Shown here piece by piece: positions 27,044 through 37,297 of a DNA stretch of 42,793 bases. Position numbers and translations under genes: made by a program. Positions within the stretch are counted from its first letter, which is position 1, and each line of letters starts with the position of its first letter. The stretch is from a virus (lineage: Duplodnaviria > Heunggongvirae > Uroviricota > Caudoviricetes). Below the pieces are notes generated by a model that made no database searches, was not told where the DNA came from, and saw only the letters and a program-made list of their open reading frames with translations. The DNA lies in IMG/VR virus record IMGVR_UViG_2667527787_000008; one strand, given 5' to 3'.

Positions 27044-27419
27044 TCAATTCCGCACCGACTTTCCTGAGTTTGCCAACACCACCCGCTATCCAGACGCCGC
27101 GGTAAATTTTTACCTCTGCCAGGCTGACGCCATCCTCAATCAGGATGTGCACGGCGACCAGTTCGTTTACCTGGCGGAGCTGTTCACTGCGCATTACGTT
27201 GAGCTGCGTGGTCGCGCGCTGGCGGGCGCCTCTGGCGGCTTTGTCAGTAGCGGTGGCAGCGGCGTAGCGTCGTCGAAGTCTGTCGATAAGGTCAGCGTCA
27301 GCTATGACAACTCGGGCACCATCAACCCTGACGCCGGATTCTGGAATAAAACCGGATACGGCCAGGAGTTCTTCTGGTGGTGGTTGATGTTCGGTGCTGG
27401 CGGGCGGCAACTGTTATGA
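27012..27419 (+). CDS. Putative head-tail connector / head completion protein
   Basis: 135 aa from ATG with GGAGG ribosome-binding site; position between capsid and tail genes. Confidence 0.4.
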   Translation: MPKNSLLPTSDQFRTDFPEFANTTRYPDAAVNFYLCQADAILNQDVHGDQFVYLAELFTAHYVELRGRALAGASGGFVSSGGSGVASSKSVDKVSVSYDNSGTINPDAGFWNKTGYGQEFFWWWLMFGAGGRQLL

Positions 27420-27922
27420 GCGGCGTGAAGGTCAGGGCAGACAATGCCGCATCCGTGCTGGCCGGGCTGGACAGAGTGTCCCGCATGGATGTGCTGGTGG
27501 GCATCCCTGAATCCAACGCTGTGCGTGAGGATGGGGAAGATCTCAACAACGCTGAGATCGCCTATCTGCAATCCACCGGGGCGACGGTCCGGCTCGGTGG
27601 GCAGGAGGTGACCTTGCCGCCGCGCCCGTTCCTGGACATCGGTATTGAGGATTCGGCAAAGGTAACTGCTGAGCACCTCAAGGCGGCCGCAGGTCATGCG
27701 CTCGATGGCAATTTCTCTGGTGCTGAGCGCGAGCTTACCAGCGCAGGTCAGCTGGCATCGGATGCCGCGAAGCGCGTTATTACGGATGGTGATCGGCTGG
27801 CACCAATATCCGATTTCACTATCCAGAAACGCAGAGAGCGCGGGTACGCAGGCATTAAGCCGCTGTATGACCATGGCTATCTGCTTCGCTCGATCACCTT
27901 CGTTGTGAGAGGTAAAAAATAA
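27416..27922 (+). CDS. Putative head-tail joining protein
   Basis: 168 aa; ATGA overlap with the upstream stop. Confidence 0.4.
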   Translation: MSGVKVRADNAASVLAGLDRVSRMDVLVGIPESNAVREDGEDLNNAEIAYLQSTGATVRLGGQEVTLPPRPFLDIGIEDSAKVTAEHLKAAAGHALDGNFSGAERELTSAGQLASDAAKRVITDGDRLAPISDFTIQKRRERGYAGIKPLYDHGYLLRSITFVVRGKK

Positions 27923-28308
27923 TGCCTTTTCTCGATGTCACCGATGTGTTGTCGGATCCTGATTTTTGCGATTACACGCTGGTCTGCATCCGCAACCACC
28001 AGGCGAAGGATGCTGACGGCTTCGTGACCAATACGCCGGAGGATATTCCGTTTAACGGCGTGGTCACCGTCGACCGCTCGCTGGAAGCCCGGCGCATGGC
28101 GGCAGGGCAGGTTATTGGCGGCGCAATCCTGGTGGTTACCACCTTCCGCTTAACGCAGGGCCTGCCCGGTCAGGATGCTGACGTGGTGCTCTACAACGGG
28201 CGGCATTACCGCGTAACGTTTGTGGATCCGTACACCTCATATGGTGCCGGGTTCGTTCAGGCCCACTGTGAGCTGGTGGAGTTTAACGGAGGTACGCCAG
28301 TTGAATGA
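27922..28308 (+). CDS. Putative tail completion/neck protein
   Basis: 128 aa ORF, start overlaps the upstream stop. Confidence 0.4.
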   Translation: MPFLDVTDVLSDPDFCDYTLVCIRNHQAKDADGFVTNTPEDIPFNGVVTVDRSLEARRMAAGQVIGGAILVVTTFRLTQGLPGQDADVVLYNGRHYRVTFVDPYTSYGAGFVQAHCELVEFNGGTPVE

Positions 28309-28843
28309 CACCACACATCCCGGATACCTGACGCCTACCAGCCAGCCGCCGCAGTACGACCAGGCGCTTGAGCGCGAGCTCAGCCGGTGGATTCGCGGTG
28401 TTTCTGGCCTGCCGGATGGCATGGCCATACCACGCTTTACTGACCCTCAGCCAGCGATCCCGGTGCTGGGCACCAACTGGTGCGGGTTTGGTATCACAGA
28501 CTTCCAGGACACAGCCAACCCGGCATCGGTCACCAGGGACGACGACACCGACTACCAGTGGCAATTCGAATCGCTGGTGGTGCTCTGCTGTTTCTACGGC
28601 CCTGCAGGCCAGGCTTACGCCAAAACGTTTCGTAACGGTCTGTTCGTGTCCCAGAACAACGCTGAGCTAAATCGCGTCGGCCTCACGCTCGGCGAGGTGG
28701 GCCGAATCATCCCGGCGCCCGAGCTCGTTAACAACCAGTGGCAGCGTCGCTACGACCTGTCTGTGACGCTACGCCGCAAAACGGTACGCGAGTACGGCAT
28801 CAAATCCATCCTCTCTGCTCCAGTACAATTTTTCGGAGATTAA
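28220..28843 (+). CDS. Putative neck/tail terminator protein (start uncertain; TTG at 28301 with GGAGG ribosome-binding site is an alternative)
   Basis: ORF directly upstream of the sheath gene. Confidence 0.4.
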   Translation: MWIRTPHMVPGSFRPTVSWWSLTEVRQLNDTTHPGYLTPTSQPPQYDQALERELSRWIRGVSGLPDGMAIPRFTDPQPAIPVLGTNWCGFGITDFQDTANPASVTRDDDTDYQWQFESLVVLCCFYGPAGQAYAKTFRNGLFVSQNNAELNRVGLTLGEVGRIIPAPELVNNQWQRRYDLSVTLRRKTVREYGIKSILSAPVQFFGD

Positions 28844-28846
28844 ATC

Positions 28847-30337
28847 ATGCCTAACGGCTTATCTGTATCACGCGTCGTTCGCGTGCAGGTCGCGCTCGCC
28901 GTTCGCGCGGCGGCCGGGCGTAACTTCGGCGCGCTGCTGGTTCTCGGCACCGCCGACGTAATCACTGCCCCGGAAGTGATGCGCCTTTACCAGGATATCG
29001 AAAGTGTCGCCACCGACTTTGGCACTACCGCTGAAGAGTACAAGGCGGCAAACCTTTACTTCCAGCAGTCGCCGCAGCCCCGCGATCTTTATATCGGAAA
29101 ACTGGAACGCGCCTCCAGCCCGGCAACGGCCGGCAAGCTCACTGGTGCTGTACTGACCTCTGCAGAGCAGGCAATCGCAAACTTCACCGCGGTTGACGAT
29201 GGCGCGATTAAGATCTCGGTGGACGGCACTGTTAAAACCGTAACGGGTATCGACCTGTCAGCGGTGACCGATCTGGCCGGAGTAGCGACGGCCATCACTG
29301 CGAAACTTACCGGCACCGCCGTTTCCTACGTGGCCGGCTCGAATCAGTTTGTGGTGACGTCTTCCACTACCGGGGCCACCTCAGCAATTGGTATTCCTGT
29401 TGCTGCCGGCACTGGCACTGACCTGGCGCCGCTGCTGGGCATTGACTCAGCGCATAACCCAACCGTGTCAAACGGCCAGGATGCTTCATCTTCAGTGCTG
29501 CCGTCGGTGAACACAGCGCTGAACTACTCAGCCGACTGGTACGGCCTGGTTATCGCCGATACTGCAATGACGGACCAGGACCATATCGATGTTTCTGCCC
29601 TGATCGGCTCTGCGAGCGATTCCCGGGTGTACGGTGTGACGACTGCGGCGGCCGAGGTCCTGGACTCAACCAGCACCACGGATATTGCCTACAGGCTGAA
29701 AGCCGCCGGTTATGGCCGCACGTTCTGCCAGTACAGCCAGGTGCCTTATGCCGCAGCCTCTGCCTTTGGTCGCGCGTTCACAGTAAATTTCCTGGGTAAC
29801 AACACCACCATTACCCTGAAATTCAAGCAGGAACCGGGCATTACTGCCGAGACGATCACCGCGCAGCAGGCCGATACGCTCAAGGCAAAAAACTGCAACG
29901 TATTTGTGCGCTACGCCAACGATACCGCCATCATCCAGGAAGGCGTGATGTCCAACGGCGATTTCTTCGACGAGCGCCACGGCCTCGACTGGCTGCAGAA
30001 TTACGTCCAGAACAACCTCTGGAACCTGCTTTACACCTCAACCACCAAAATCCCGCAGACCGAAGCGGGCGTGACGCGCCTGGTGACCAATGTCGAACAG
30101 TCGATGGACCAGTCTGTAAACAACGGTCTGGTGGCACCGGGAATCTGGAACGGCGGTGACGTCGGACAGCTGACATCAGGCGATATGCTGACCAAAGGCT
30201 ATTACGTTTACGCGAACCCGCTCAACGCCCAGGCGCAGGCAGATCGTGAAGCGCGTAAGGCGCCGGTGATTCAGGTAGCAACCAAACTGGCGGGGGCTAT
30301 CCACTTCGCTGATGTATTAATCGACGTGGTGCGCTAA
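28847..30337 (+). CDS. Contractile tail sheath protein
   Basis: 496 aa ORF followed by a tube-sized gene, chaperone and tape measure, the canonical myovirus order. Confidence 0.7.
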   Translation: MPNGLSVSRVVRVQVALAVRAAAGRNFGALLVLGTADVITAPEVMRLYQDIESVATDFGTTAEEYKAANLYFQQSPQPRDLYIGKLERASSPATAGKLTGAVLTSAEQAIANFTAVDDGAIKISVDGTVKTVTGIDLSAVTDLAGVATAITAKLTGTAVSYVAGSNQFVVTSSTTGATSAIGIPVAAGTGTDLAPLLGIDSAHNPTVSNGQDASSSVLPSVNTALNYSADWYGLVIADTAMTDQDHIDVSALIGSASDSRVYGVTTAAAEVLDSTSTTDIAYRLKAAGYGRTFCQYSQVPYAAASAFGRAFTVNFLGNNTTITLKFKQEPGITAETITAQQADTLKAKNCNVFVRYANDTAIIQEGVMSNGDFFDERHGLDWLQNYVQNNLWNLLYTSTTKIPQTEAGVTRLVTNVEQSMDQSVNNGLVAPGIWNGGDVGQLTSGDMLTKGYYVYANPLNAQAQADREARKAPVIQVATKLAGAIHFADVLIDVVR

Positions 30338-30348
30338 GGGGGCACTGA

Positions 30349-30789
30349 ATGAGCACTTATTCTTTTCTGGATATCACGGGGTCAATGACTGGCCCCACCG
30401 GGGTGATTGACCTCGGCGCCGGTTCTGCCAACTCCGAAGAGGGCATTACCATCGCCATGGTCGAAAACAAAAACACCATGACGATCGGCGCTGACGGCGA
30501 GGGCATGCACTCCCTGCACGCCGGCAAGGCTGGAACGGTAACCGTTAACCTTCTGAAAACCTCGCCGGTGAACAAAAAGCTGTCTCTGGCCTACAACGCG
30601 CAAAGCCAGTCCTCAGCGCTGTGGGGTAATAACGTCTTTGTGTTCCGCAACACTGCATCTGGCGACATCATGACCGCGCGCGGCGGCGCCTTCCAGAAGC
30701 ACCCCGACTGGCAGAACGCCAAAGAGGGCGGGACGGTGGCCTGGGTGTTCGACTGCATCAAAATTGACCCGTTCCTGGGGGAGTATTAA
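30349..30789 (+). CDS. Tail tube protein
   Basis: 146 aa ORF immediately after the sheath gene. Confidence 0.65.
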   Translation: MSTYSFLDITGSMTGPTGVIDLGAGSANSEEGITIAMVENKNTMTIGADGEGMHSLHAGKAGTVTVNLLKTSPVNKKLSLAYNAQSQSSALWGNNVFVFRNTASGDIMTARGGAFQKHPDWQNAKEGGTVAWVFDCIKIDPFLGEY

Positions 30790-30792
30790 TTC

Positions 30793-31218
30793 ATGGAAAT
30801 TACTATCAAGTATCAGCAGTACCGTATCGCTAAGTTAAGCGTTTTCGAACAGCTGAAGGTATCCCGCAAGCTGCTGCCGGTTCTGGCGGGTCTGGTTTCT
30901 GACTTCCGTAACATCCAGACGAAGCTGAATGCCAAAGACACCGAAGGCGCGATGGAAAGTATTCTTCCGAAGATCGCTGGCGCCGTTTCCGGCCTCAGTG
31001 ATGATGATGTGAATGCGATCCTTTTTCCCTGCCTGCAGGTGGTGGCGCGCAAACACTTGAGCGCCTGGGTGCCGGTGTGCCAGCAGGGCACCATGGCCTT
31101 TGACGATATCGACCTGTTCGTGATGCTGCAGCTTGTGGCGCGGGTGGTCGCCGATTCGCTGGGAAATTTTTTGCAAGGACTTCCTACCAGCGAGACGAAC
31201 ACCCAGCCTGCGGAATAA
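30793..31218 (+). CDS. Tail assembly chaperone (G-like)
   Basis: 141 aa ORF between the tube and tape measure genes; slippery heptamer near its 3-prime end. Confidence 0.6.
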   Translation: MEITIKYQQYRIAKLSVFEQLKVSRKLLPVLAGLVSDFRNIQTKLNAKDTEGAMESILPKIAGAVSGLSDDDVNAILFPCLQVVARKHLSAWVPVCQQGTMAFDDIDLFVMLQLVARVVADSLGNFLQGLPTSETNTQPAE

Positions 31219-31406
31219 CCTTTAACACCCTGCCGGGCGGTGAGGATTACATCCTTCGCCCGGCGCTCGCCTTCAACCTCGATCAGAAAGACCTCGACAG
31301 CGGTGCAGTGGACCTGTGCCGCATCGCGCTGCTTAACGATTACCTCGATATGCGTGACGATAACGACGCGCGCGTAGCCAAATGGAGAGCCCAGAACAAT
31401 GGCTGA
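30793..31406 (+). CDS. Tail assembly chaperone frameshift fusion (GT-like), made by a programmed -1 frameshift at about 31161-31167
   Basis: The -1 frame is open from the slippery site G_GGA_AAT to a TGA at about 31404-31406 and encodes about 80 protein-like residues overlapping the tape measure start. Confidence 0.45.
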
Positions 31407-33378
31407 TACTATCCGTGATTACCTGGTCTCTCTGGGGTTCGATATCGACGGCGCGGGCCAGGCGAAGTTTGAAGCCACGCTCAAAGGTGTGGCCGCGAAC
31501 GTCGTAAAACTGGGGGCCATAGTTGAGTCGACGGGGCTGGCCATTGTGGGCTTCACCGCCTCGATCGCCAGCGGCCTTGATAAACTCTACTGGGCCGCGG
31601 AACGCACCGGGGCATCGGTCAACGGCATCAAGGCGCTTGGCTATGCTGCCTCACAAACCGGCTCCAGCGCCGAGGCTGCCCAGAACTCACTGGAGAGCCT
31701 GGCGCGCTTCATGCGCAGCAATCCCGGCGCCGAAGGCTTCCTGAACCGCCTGGGGGTGCAGACCCGGGACGCTTCCGGACAGATGCGCGACATGTCGGCT
31801 ATCTTCACCGGCGTCGGCCAGCGCCTCAGCAGCATGCCCTATTATCGAGCCAATCAGTTCGCGCAGATGCTGGGCATTGACGAAAACACGCTGATGGCAA
31901 TGCGGCGAGGAATGTCCGGCTTCACGGCTGAATACCAGTCGATGATGCAGAAGACAGGCTTCGATGCTGACAGGGCCGCGCAGCAGTCCAACAAGTTCAT
32001 GACCTCAATGCGCAACTTCGTTTCGCTACTGGGGATCTTGCGCGATAAGGTTGGCTCGAATCTGGCCGGCGGCCTGAGCGGCACGCTGAACAATCTCAGC
32101 AAGCAGATGCTGGAGAACTGGCCGAAGATAGAGGGCGTGGTCACGAAGATAGTGAAGGGGGTGCTCTTTGCTGCTGATGTCATTACCCAGATGGCGTGGC
32201 GCGTCTCGCAGGCGGTAGGCGGCCTGATTGAGTGGTTTAAAAAGCTGCCGCCGGATATACAGCAGCTAATCATGCTGGTGTCCGGGCTGGTTTCGGCGTG
32301 GCAGCTGCTTAACGCTGAGTTCCTCAAATCGCCGATAGGTATCGTAATCGCGCTAGGCTCGGCGCTGTTCGCGCTTTACGACGACTACAAAACCTGGAAA
32401 GAAGGCGGTCAAAGCCTGCTGCCCTGGGATAAATGGGAGCCAGAAATAGAGGCTGCCCTGAAATCGCTTGGCGAGCTGCGGGATTCTGTGAAGGCGATAG
32501 GGGTTGAAATCGCAAAGCTGCTCAATATCAACCTCAAAAACTGGACCCTTAAAGGCGACATCGACAACCTCACTAAGCAGTTCGGTGAGTTTGGCAAGAT
32601 GATTAAGATGATTGGCGACCTGATAAACGCCATCAACGAGGGGCGTTGGAAAGATGCTTATGCGATCGGCAAGAACCTGCTGGCACAAGGGCAAGGCCAG
32701 GATGCTCTACCTGCAGTATCTGACAGCGCTAACAATACTGCTGACTGGATAGAGGGCAAGACGGGGTTCGACCCGCGAAGCATCGGGAAAACAATAAACG
32801 GGTGGATTTTCGGCAAAGAAGAGGGCGGCTCAGACCAGCAGGAGAGCGGCCCGGGCAAGACGCTGGCCGACCGTAACAACAATCCTGGCAACCTGCGCCC
32901 CGTCGGCGGCACCGGTTTTACCTCTCATCAGACGCCGCTTGATGGTTGGATGGCAATGGCCAGGCAGATCCGTCTTTATTTCACCGGAAAAAGCGCGGCC
33001 GCCGGGTATGAAAAACTCCAGTCAATATGGGACATCATCCACAAATACGCACCTGCCAGCGACAACAACGACCCCGAGGCCTATTCGAACTTCGTAGCCA
33101 ATATGATGGGCGTGGGCGCTAAGGACACGCTGAACCTGAGCGACCCGCAGCAGTTCAGCAACCTTCTGCAGGCCATGTCCAGGAAGGAAGGTTACGGTCA
33201 GTGGAATTCCCCATTGGCCAGCGTTGCCGCTACGCAGGCAGCCGCGCAGATCAGCCAGGAAACGAACATCAATATTTACGGCGCGAGCGACCCGGCATCC
33301 ACTGGCCGGGAGGTTGCCGATCGTCAATCCGGCGTTAATTCCCGTCTTACTCAGCAGCTACAACCGAGGGTCTACTGA
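31399..33378 (+). CDS. Tail tape measure protein
   Basis: 659 aa, Ala/Gly/Gln-rich with long predicted helices; follows the chaperone pair. Confidence 0.75.
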   Translation: MADTIRDYLVSLGFDIDGAGQAKFEATLKGVAANVVKLGAIVESTGLAIVGFTASIASGLDKLYWAAERTGASVNGIKALGYAASQTGSSAEAAQNSLESLARFMRSNPGAEGFLNRLGVQTRDASGQMRDMSAIFTGVGQRLSSMPYYRANQFAQMLGIDENTLMAMRRGMSGFTAEYQSMMQKTGFDADRAAQQSNKFMTSMRNFVSLLGILRDKVGSNLAGGLSGTLNNLSKQMLENWPKIEGVVTKIVKGVLFAADVITQMAWRVSQAVGGLIEWFKKLPPDIQQLIMLVSGLVSAWQLLNAEFLKSPIGIVIALGSALFALYDDYKTWKEGGQSLLPWDKWEPEIEAALKSLGELRDSVKAIGVEIAKLLNINLKNWTLKGDIDNLTKQFGEFGKMIKMIGDLINAINEGRWKDAYAIGKNLLAQGQGQDALPAVSDSANNTADWIEGKTGFDPRSIGKTINGWIFGKEEGGSDQQESGPGKTLADRNNNPGNLRPVGGTGFTSHQTPLDGWMAMARQIRLYFTGKSAAAGYEKLQSIWDIIHKYAPASDNNDPEAYSNFVANMMGVGAKDTLNLSDPQQFSNLLQAMSRKEGYGQWNSPLASVAATQAAAQISQETNINIYGASDPASTGREVADRQSGVNSRLTQQLQPRVY

Positions 33379-33953
33379 TGGATATTTTATCGGTCATCTT
33401 CCGGCTGCAGTCTCGGAAAATAGGTATTTTTGTACCTGACGTGGTGGTGTCGGAGAAGCATGTTGATGCCCTGGAAATCACTGAACATCCGGTGGAGTTT
33501 GGCGCCGCCATAAACGACCACGCCTATAAGCGCGCCAGCGAGGTCACTATGGAGTGCGGGTTTGCCGGCGGCGGGTCGGTACTCGACCTGGTAAATCTGT
33601 CCAGCATAGGCTTGCGGGTTGGCGAGAGCCCAAGGGAGATTTATCAGCAGTTGCTGGATCTGCAGAAATCCCGGGTGCCGTTTGATGTTGTTACCGGCAA
33701 GCGCACCTACAGCAATATGCTGATACGCGCTATCGAGGCCACGACGGACCGAACCAGCGAAAATGTGCTGTCATGCGTTCTGACGCTGCGGGAAGTGATC
33801 ATGTCGGATACGCAGAGCATCACTGTTACGGATAAGGCCAACATGCAGGAGGGAGTCAGCACCGCGCCAGTACAGAATACAGGGATGAAATCTCTGGTGC
33901 CGACCAGCAGCTCATCTGTAATTCAAAAGATAGCCGATTTTGCGAGGGGATAA
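33378..33953 (+). CDS. Putative tail/baseplate protein
   Basis: 191 aa ORF, start overlaps the tape measure stop. Confidence 0.45.
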   Translation: MDILSVIFRLQSRKIGIFVPDVVVSEKHVDALEITEHPVEFGAAINDHAYKRASEVTMECGFAGGGSVLDLVNLSSIGLRVGESPREIYQQLLDLQKSRVPFDVVTGKRTYSNMLIRAIEATTDRTSENVLSCVLTLREVIMSDTQSITVTDKANMQEGVSTAPVQNTGMKSLVPTSSSSVIQKIADFARG

Positions 33954-34258
33954 TGAGCGTTAATGAGATTCCGATGATCCCTGATAACCAGGAGTTTCGC
34001 ATCACCCTGGGCGACATAAGCTACACGCTCCGCGTGCTATGGCGCGACGATGCTGGCTGGATAATGGACGTTATGGATAGCGGCGCGCAGCCTCTGTTAA
34101 TGGGCGTCCCCCTGGTGCCGGGGGTTAACCTTTTGGCTCAGTATCCGGATCTGGGGATATCTGGCGCACTGGTGGTCATGACAGACAACGGAGCCCCTGA
34201 ATACCCGACGAAAACAAACCTTGGTGCCTCGAGCCATCTTTATTTTGTTCAGGAATAG
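33953..34258 (+). CDS. Putative tail/baseplate protein
   Basis: 101 aa ORF, ATGA overlap with the upstream gene. Confidence 0.4.
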   Translation: MSVNEIPMIPDNQEFRITLGDISYTLRVLWRDDAGWIMDVMDSGAQPLLMGVPLVPGVNLLAQYPDLGISGALVVMTDNGAPEYPTKTNLGASSHLYFVQE

Positions 34259-34261
34259 CCC

Positions 34262-35332
34262 ATGACTATTAACTGGAATCGCCATTTTGAACTGCGGCTT
34301 CTGAACGACAAGGGGAATGGCATATCCCTGTCGGACTTTAAAGTTACCTTCGCAATCGACTGGTTTAACTCGATGTGGCCACGTGTGGCGACGCTTAAAA
34401 TTTACAACCTCAAGCGTGACACAATCACCCGGATTACGGGGGATGAGTTTTCTCGCATTACCATCATAGCCGGTTATAACGGCCTGGCGCCGACGGTTAC
34501 TGAAAGCGAGGTTGGGCAGGTTACCGAGATTTCATCTGAGCAAACCGGCCAGACGCGCGGGCAAAATTACGGAGTCATTTTTGATGGGGAGATTCGTTTT
34601 ACGATAACCGGGCGCGATAATCCTACCGATATTTTTACGCTAATTCAGTCGGTAGATGGTCATAAGGCGTTCAACGAAGCCGTATCGTCCGGCAGCCTGG
34701 CGGCAGGATATAAGCTTGCCGACGTGCATACACTTCTGATGAAGGACTTTTCGCCTTACGGCATCACCCAGGGCATCACCGGGCAGTTCCCTGACAGGGT
34801 GATGCCACGCGGTCGCGTCTTCTTCGGCGCAACGCGCGACTACATGAGCAACCTAGCGGCGCAGTGCGAGGCTAACTGGCAATTTGTCGACGGCCAGCTG
34901 CAAATGGTGCCTGAGAATAAATATCTCCATGAAGCGATCGTGCTTAACACCAAAACTGGCCTGGTCGGTATGCCTCAGCAAACCATGGGGGCAGGCGTTA
35001 ATGTGCGCTGTCTCATTAATCCAAACATTCGGGTTAACGGGCTTATTCAGTTGAACCAGGACTCGGTGTATCGCTCGCAATTACCGAACGATGAGATCCA
35101 AAGATCACAGGCAAGGATTACTGAGGCAAATGATAATGGTAATCTTAGTACAGGCAGCGCGACGCTTGCGCAGCCCGCCAGTGTGGCAACTGATGGCGTT
35201 TACATAGTTCAGTCAATCAGCTACACCGGCGATACGAGAGGGAATCCGTGGTATATGGATCTCATGTGTATGGCCAGAGGGGCGCGTGATTTACAATCGA
35301 ATACGGCCCTACAGCGAACGGCTCCACAATGA
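34262..35332 (+). CDS. Putative baseplate hub protein
   Basis: 356 aa ORF upstream of the spike and baseplate genes (Mu P-like position). Confidence 0.5.
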   Translation: MTINWNRHFELRLLNDKGNGISLSDFKVTFAIDWFNSMWPRVATLKIYNLKRDTITRITGDEFSRITIIAGYNGLAPTVTESEVGQVTEISSEQTGQTRGQNYGVIFDGEIRFTITGRDNPTDIFTLIQSVDGHKAFNEAVSSGSLAAGYKLADVHTLLMKDFSPYGITQGITGQFPDRVMPRGRVFFGATRDYMSNLAAQCEANWQFVDGQLQMVPENKYLHEAIVLNTKTGLVGMPQQTMGAGVNVRCLINPNIRVNGLIQLNQDSVYRSQLPNDEIQRSQARITEANDNGNLSTGSATLAQPASVATDGVYIVQSISYTGDTRGNPWYMDLMCMARGARDLQSNTALQRTAPQ

Positions 35333-35685
35333 AAAAAATACTTTTTTTGGTTTCTTTAGCATTCGTCAGTTTTTCTTCTACAGCGGCAAACACCGCTTAT
35401 ATGAAGTGTGGTCCCTTTACTTTCTCAACCTCATCAAGCAACGACGGATATCCGAGGATAAACGGAGCAAAGCCTGATAGTCAGAAGGTGACATTCCTCA
35501 AAAAAGAGGGAGATTATGACAATATTAAAATGCAATGGATTGTCATGAATGAGAATTCTGGGCAGCGCTATGGTCTTGATTATATAAAACGCAATGGGAG
35601 AGGGATACTCAATGCCGAGGCCATCAGAATGAACATGAATGAACCTCGAGTGTTTGGAACTTACGACTGCGTGAAGGCTAAGTAA
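35329..35685 (+). CDS. Secreted small protein (signal peptide, 2 Cys), low-GC moron coupled to the baseplate hub gene
   Basis: ATGA overlap with the hub stop; MKKILFLVSLAFVSFSSTAA signal peptide; AT-rich relative to flanks. Confidence 0.55.
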   Translation: MKKILFLVSLAFVSFSSTAANTAYMKCGPFTFSTSSSNDGYPRINGAKPDSQKVTFLKKEGDYDNIKMQWIVMNENSGQRYGLDYIKRNGRGILNAEAIRMNMNEPRVFGTYDCVKAK

Positions 35686-35692
35686 TTTAATA

Positions 35693-35712
35693 AAGGCGCC
35701 GGAACTACCGGC
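35693..35712. terminator. Hairpin between convergent moron genes (putative bidirectional terminator)
   Basis: GCGCCGG-AACTAC-CGGCGC stem-loop; U-rich on the minus-strand side. Confidence 0.35.
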
Positions 35713-35718
35713 GCTCAG

Positions 35719-36069
35719 TTACTCGTCTTTAAAACTTATAATTTTGTACTGCTCCAGTACTTCTGAAAGCTCCTTTGATGTCAGATTTTGTATTTCGATC
35801 GTACCTTTTTCAGTGGTTACCGTTATTTTTTTTGATGATCTGGTCTGTAACCATTTTCTCGCTATCGATGCAATGGCGATACAAGCTGGTGATGATGTGA
35901 TAACGGTAATAGATATTTCGAGAATTGTGCCAATAGCGCCAGGAGAATCACCCGTTCTGACTCTTTTACTTACTACATAGTCATTAGCGGGTATGTTATC
36001 CTGGATTACAGGAAGTAACTCTTTCCAAATAGCTGGAGTAAATTTTATGGTTGTTTCTGATTTTGGCAT
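35719..36069 (-). CDS. Hypothetical antisense moron protein (116 aa) inside the baseplate operon
   Basis: ATG at 36069; AT-rich; convergent with the secreted-protein gene; no recognisable family. Confidence 0.45.
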   Translation of the reverse strand: MPKSETTIKFTPAIWKELLPVIQDNIPANDYVVSKRVRTGDSPGAIGTILEISITVITSSPACIAIASIARKWLQTRSSKKITVTTEKGTIEIQNLTSKELSEVLEQYKIISFKDE

Positions 36070-36249
36070 AAAGGTTTCAGGCCCCTATCGAGAGAAGCTA
36101 AAAATTGCCTACCGGCTTTTCCTTAGCAGCCTGTATCTTGCTACAAATCACGACGTTACCGTGGTTCTAAGCAAAACCTATATTAAGAGCTGCAATGAAG
36201 ATAAATAGCACGCATTAACTCACCCTCAAATCCTGACATTTGATCAGTA

Positions 36250-36272
36250 ACCCGCCTCGGCGGGTTTTTTAT
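36250..36272 (+). terminator. Rho-independent terminator just upstream of the baseplate spike gene
   Basis: AACCCGCC-TCG-GCGGGTT followed by TTTTTATT. Confidence 0.45.
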
Positions 36273-36287
36273 TACCTGGAGAAAGCT

Positions 36288-36941
36288 ATGCCAGTATCAG
36301 CCCGCGCGCAGGACGGCAACGAATCGCAGACTCTTGAGGCGCACCGCCACGCCATTTTCGGCAGCCTGCGCGTGGCTTTGCCGGGGATCATCCAGTCCTT
36401 TGACCCTGAAACAGTGACATGCACCGTGCAGCCAGCCATCTACGGTCAGCGGCTCAGCGACGATGGCGCTCTGGTTTCTGAGGAGATACCGATTTTGCCA
36501 GACGTTCCAGTGGTGTTCCCCCGCGGCGGTGGCTGCACGTTAACCTTCCCGGTAAAGGCCGGTGACGAGTGCCTCCTGGTCTTCTCCGATCGCTGCATCG
36601 ACTTCTGGTGGCAGAGCGGCGGGGTGCAGGAACCGGTTGACCCGCGCCAGCATGACCTGAGTGATGCGTTTGCCATTGTGGGTCCGCAGTCGCAGGCGCA
36701 GAAAATCAGCAGCATCAGTACCAGTGCGGTTGAACTGCGCAGTGACGACGGTGGAACAAAACTGAGCCTTAACCCTTCATCCGGAGCGATAACGGGAACC
36801 GCGCCGGGAGGCTTCAACCTTAACGGTCTGAAAATTCTGCCTGACGGCCGCCTGCAGCTGGTGGATGGCTCCATGGTTGATAAGCATACGCATGGCGGCG
36901 TGGAAGTCGGCGGCAGCAATACGAAACCACTGGGAGGGTAA
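36288..36941 (+). CDS. Baseplate spike / assembly protein V-like
   Basis: 217 aa from ATG with GGAGA ribosome-binding site; C-terminal HTHGGVEVGGSNT-type motif; followed by W-like and J-like genes. Confidence 0.55.
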   Translation: MPVSARAQDGNESQTLEAHRHAIFGSLRVALPGIIQSFDPETVTCTVQPAIYGQRLSDDGALVSEEIPILPDVPVVFPRGGGCTLTFPVKAGDECLLVFSDRCIDFWWQSGGVQEPVDPRQHDLSDAFAIVGPQSQAQKISSISTSAVELRSDDGGTKLSLNPSSGAITGTAPGGFNLNGLKILPDGRLQLVDGSMVDKHTHGGVEVGGSNTKPLGG

Positions 36942-36943
36942 TT

Positions 36944-37297
36944 ATGCGATACCGACGCGAAGACGACGACGGGGACTACACCTTCGGCCAGGGCGATGAC
37001 ACCTTTCTGGTCAACTCACCCGAGTGCGTGGCCCAGGCCGTTAAAACGCGCTTTGAACTGTGGAAGGGGCAATGGTTTCTGGACACAACCGAGGGCACAC
37101 CCTATATCCAGTCGGTTCTGGGAAAGCAAAGGCCTGAGGTTTATAACCTTGCGATCAGGGATCGCATCAGCACCACACCTGGCGTTCTGTCCATACTGGC
37201 CTTTGATACCGTGAATGAAAGCACGACACGCCGGGTAACGTTCACAGCCACCATAAACACTATCTACGGACAAACCACCCTTACCAGCGAGGCATAA
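36944..37297 (+). CDS. Baseplate protein W/gp25-like
   Basis: 117 aa ORF in canonical position between the V-like and J-like genes. Confidence 0.55.
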   Translation: MRYRREDDDGDYTFGQGDDTFLVNSPECVAQAVKTRFELWKGQWFLDTTEGTPYIQSVLGKQRPEVYNLAIRDRISTTPGVLSILAFDTVNESTTRRVTFTATINTIYGQTTLTSEA

